DNA from: Hemiscyllium ocellatum
Taxonomy: Eukaryota
Direction of reading: 5' to 3'
Assembly: GCF_020745735.1 (NCBI RefSeq)
Contig: NW_026867531.1
Coordinates: forward strand, 248,001-312,000
DNA length: 64,000 nucleotides
Below the pieces are notes generated by a model. It saw only the letters and a program-made list of their open reading frames with translations, was not told where the DNA came from and made no database searches. Positions 61,070 through 64,000 of the stretch are shown here, in pieces. The translations under genes and the position numbers were made by a program. The stretch's first letter is position 1; every line of letters begins with the position of its first letter.

Positions 61070-62165
61070 GTACATGTGTCCCTTAATTTATTTGACCTAC
61101 TGCTTGGTGTGTTTGGTTTCCCTTTAATGTTTGTGTATGTGGTTATGAGAGTCTCTTACTTCACTCTTGCCCATGTTGGAGTCTGTGCATGAATAAACAT
61201 AGTCCTGTTCCTTTACTGCTGGTGTGCTCATGTGTTTGTGCACCGAAATTTTGGTCTGTTCACACTGTGTAAGCATCATCATGCTAATATGCCATTTTGT
61301 TGCTGCCTATGCTTATCTTGTAATGTCTTTGTGAGTGTTCACTTTTCATTAGTGCTATCTAAAATGTGTGCTTATGTGTCTGTTTCAGGTCCTACCTAAA
61401 CGAGGTTATATTCATGTTGATGCTTAATACATTTTAGCATGCAATGTTATGTTTTGATGGGTGTTTATATTTATATGACGATGTTTGCTTGTGTGGCAAT
61501 CTTTCCCAAACCATCTCCTGAGAAGCTTGTTTGTGTTACTGTGTGTGGATGCTTGCTGATGCTTGTGCCCATTCTCCTTATTTAATAAACGCCCCTCTAT
61601 TTGTTGATCTATGCACTTGTGTGTCTGCATGTGAGACTCTGAATTTGTGTGTACGTGTGACATTGTATACATGCTGATCAATGTGGTTTAAAAATAACTA
61701 ATTAAGCTGCCTCTGTCATCGTATGTTTGTGATTCTGAAAATGGGAAAATAATGATATTAATATTTATCTCTGTGCACTTACATGCCTGTATGAGTTGAC
61801 ATGGAGGAGGACATTTTTCGGAATTTGTATCTGTGTGTTCATGCGTGTATGTCTGTACGCAAAGTGCTGTATGAATGTCTATGTATTCATGCCCATTTGT
61901 GTGTTACCGTGTGTCTATATTTCTCATGGTTATGTGTGAGTACCCCTGTTCATTTGTGCAAATAATTTTCTTTCGGTGTATGTGAGTTTTTGTATGAGCT
62001 TAGGTGAGTGTTCAAGTACCACTTGCATGTGTGGCTCTGTGCGAGTATGCGTGTGTGACATCTTATCTATATGCACATTTGAGTGTGCACATCAATATGT
62101 GTCTTGAGGTGAGAGCCCATATATGTGTCATTACATGTGTATTTGCGATCATCTCTCTGTATCTG
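61070..62165 (+). repeat. Degenerate TG-rich (CA-rich on the Ig transcript) low-complexity tract
   Basis: Dense tgtg/tgtgtg/tatgtg motifs over ~1.1 kb; boundaries approximate. Confidence 0.7.
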
Positions 62166-63291
62166 TTCTTATACCAGACTGCAATTTTTATTATTCTATT
62201 TTATTGTTCTAATTTTAATGGATTGCCCATAATTAGATTTGACCTTGGTGTTGTAGGAAACATTTCCCATCGTCGTGGAGAGATAAGCATTTTATGAGCA
62301 ACTCTTCTGTTGCAGTGATAGAATTGCTGTCTCTGAGAGAAAAGGCGTGAGTTCAAATCCCCACTGCCCCAGAGATAACATTTCTGAATATGTTGATTAG
62401 AAAATGTCTACTTGTGTTCTGTGTGTGAAACAAAATGATATCAGGTATTCGAATACCAGAATTGATCCCATGTGCTCCAGAAAACTGAGACACAACGATG
62501 GAATTCAAACCGGGATGATGCAAACACCAGTTTTGGATTATGGGAATCAATGTTAATCATTTGTTAACAGAGCCAAGCGTGTCCAACATGTTTCAAAGGT
62601 ATTATTTTGCATGGAAATGTTCAATCTTTGGACAGTAAGCAAGAAGCTGACTGTTCCTGTTAGTAACGGGGTTACATTACAGAGGACATCGACAATGAAA
62701 ACTCTGCACAGGGAGCAAGAGGGCAGACCATTCATCGTTCCCCTCCCCTCTGCTCCACGACAACTTATCTGTCGATTCTCTTTGGTGTGAAAGTGAAGAT
62801 ACTTTCTGTCAACTCATGCGCTGGCGCAAGATCCCTGGCAGTCCCCCAGAAACAAAGGTTACATTCAAACTGTTCTGCACTCTTTACGATTGGTATGTTC
62901 CAATCAAATTTAATTTTAAAGTGTCTTAAATTTACATTTCCAATTGGTGCAATGTGGCAGTTGAAAACTGACATGAATTTTGTAAGAATGTCCAATGGGG
63001 GGAATCAAGAACACCAAGTTCAAACCTCGTGCTCTACCCTCGACATAAAATGGACAGTATCAGATTTTGTCACAGAGGGATATTGGATGGATAAGGTACT
63101 TGGTGGAATCCTGCAATGAGTGAGCTTTACTCTGTCTCTGGCCCAGGGTGTATCTGAGCAGAGAACATTAACTGCACAAGACACTTGTCCTAGACCTGTT
63201 AATAACCCACTTTAACTACACCGATGCAGTGTAAGTCAGAGTGAGAAACAACTAATTCAGTATTTACCTCACAACTGGAGGGAAAAGAAAC

Positions 63292-63297
63292 TTTATT
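63292..63297 (-). terminator. Polyadenylation signal of the secretory mRNA
   Basis: AATAAA 37 nt after the tailpiece stop, followed by a U-rich tract; another AATAAA overlaps the stop (63333-63338). Confidence 0.65.
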
Positions 63298-63333
63298 ACT
63301 TCTGTTGAATTATTAAATGCAACTTTGAGATTT

Positions 63334-63725
63334 TTATTGACATGAATTAACAGTGTCCATCAGTGCAAGTGAAATGTTTACGAAACTCGGTTTACCGCTG
63401 GATTTATCGACTGTTCTGTTGATGATCTTCAATGGAATCGCTTCATGTCCCACCACACAGGAGTAAGAAGCACCGCTGGCCCACTCCTCCGCTGTAATGG
63501 ATAACAGGCTGTAGATGAAGAAGGAAGTATTGTCACTCTCCGCCATCACCTCGGTGTTCTTGTAGTTACTGGGATTCACCGGCTTGTCATTGTTTGTCCA
63601 CTTGACGAAGATCTCTCGGGGGGAGAAACCTCTCACTAAACAGGTGAGGGAGAGAAACCTCTGAGCGGAGATTTCTTCTGTTGGTGGCAGGAGGACCGAC
63701 ACTGATGGCTCCAGCGGATTAATCA
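63334..63725 (-). CDS. IgNAR: Ig heavy chain terminal constant domain (most likely IgNAR C5) plus secretory tailpiece
   Basis: Acceptor ctgcag|TG (phase 1); C1-set motifs [48 protein letters not shown]; tailpiece [20 protein letters not shown] with N-x-S and penultimate Cys; internal donor AGC G|GTAAAC at 63396/63395 phase-matches TM1. IgNAR assigned from recalled sequence similarity; IgW is the main alternative. Confidence 0.85.
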
Positions 63726-64000
63726 CTGCAGAATATTTGAGACAAATATAAATCAACCAAAAACATCCTGAACCAATATCACAATTACACTAAATATTAA
63801 AATATGCCATTTTAAATTTGGGATTTATTCACTTTCCTTTTCTAAAGGAGCAGTATGGTACACATTCTGTTCAGTAAAAAAAGTCAAGTTTAATGTGAAA
63901 GTTGCCTCCATGTTTCCAGCCCACAACAAGGGCATTCTGTCCAACTGTCATTGCTGATGGTGACATCACAACCCAGGTTTCTTCCCACCTTATCTGACTT

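Noticed and set aside
63726-63756. ORF-track N-terminus [10 protein letters not shown] of the Ig domain
   Set aside because: Intronic; lies upstream of the ctgcag acceptor

Overview
Eukaryotic, repeat-dominated DNA from a cartilaginous fish. The evidence is HE1-type SINEs, shark-type CR1 LINEs with (TTCTATG)n tails, and an immunoglobulin heavy-chain gene that best matches IgNAR (recalled similarity, not a database result). The only securely identified host gene is the 3' end of that gene on the minus strand: last constant domain plus secretory tailpiece (63334-63725), TM1 (60435-60562) and TM2 (60287-60295), all with canonical, phase-compatible splice sites. Most of the other ~58 kb is decayed mobile DNA: many CR1 fragments, HE1 SINEs, a 5'-truncated Tx1-clade LINE with an 11-bp TSD, a TIR/TSD-bounded hAT deletion derivative, a Tigger fragment, and at least two Penelope-like (PLE) families carrying minimal hammerhead ribozyme motifs. 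The most unusual pattern is four independent insertions of one PLE family (140 bp, ~206 bp, ~212 bp, 2.9 kb). Each has a 14-16 bp TSD and a 3' end at BOTH termini (head-to-head inversion). One terminus is the full 3' end and the other always stops ~35 nt short of it, producing near-perfect palindromes. Three promoter-like motif clusters (ZNF143/CCAAT ~29 kb, YY1 ~30.6 kb, CRE/NRF1 ~33.1 kb) and weak orphan exon candidates hint at unannotated host transcripts. There is no CRISPR, rRNA, true tRNA or prokaryotic system. Boundaries of decayed repeats are approximate (tens of bp); TSD, splice and motif coordinates were counted directly.
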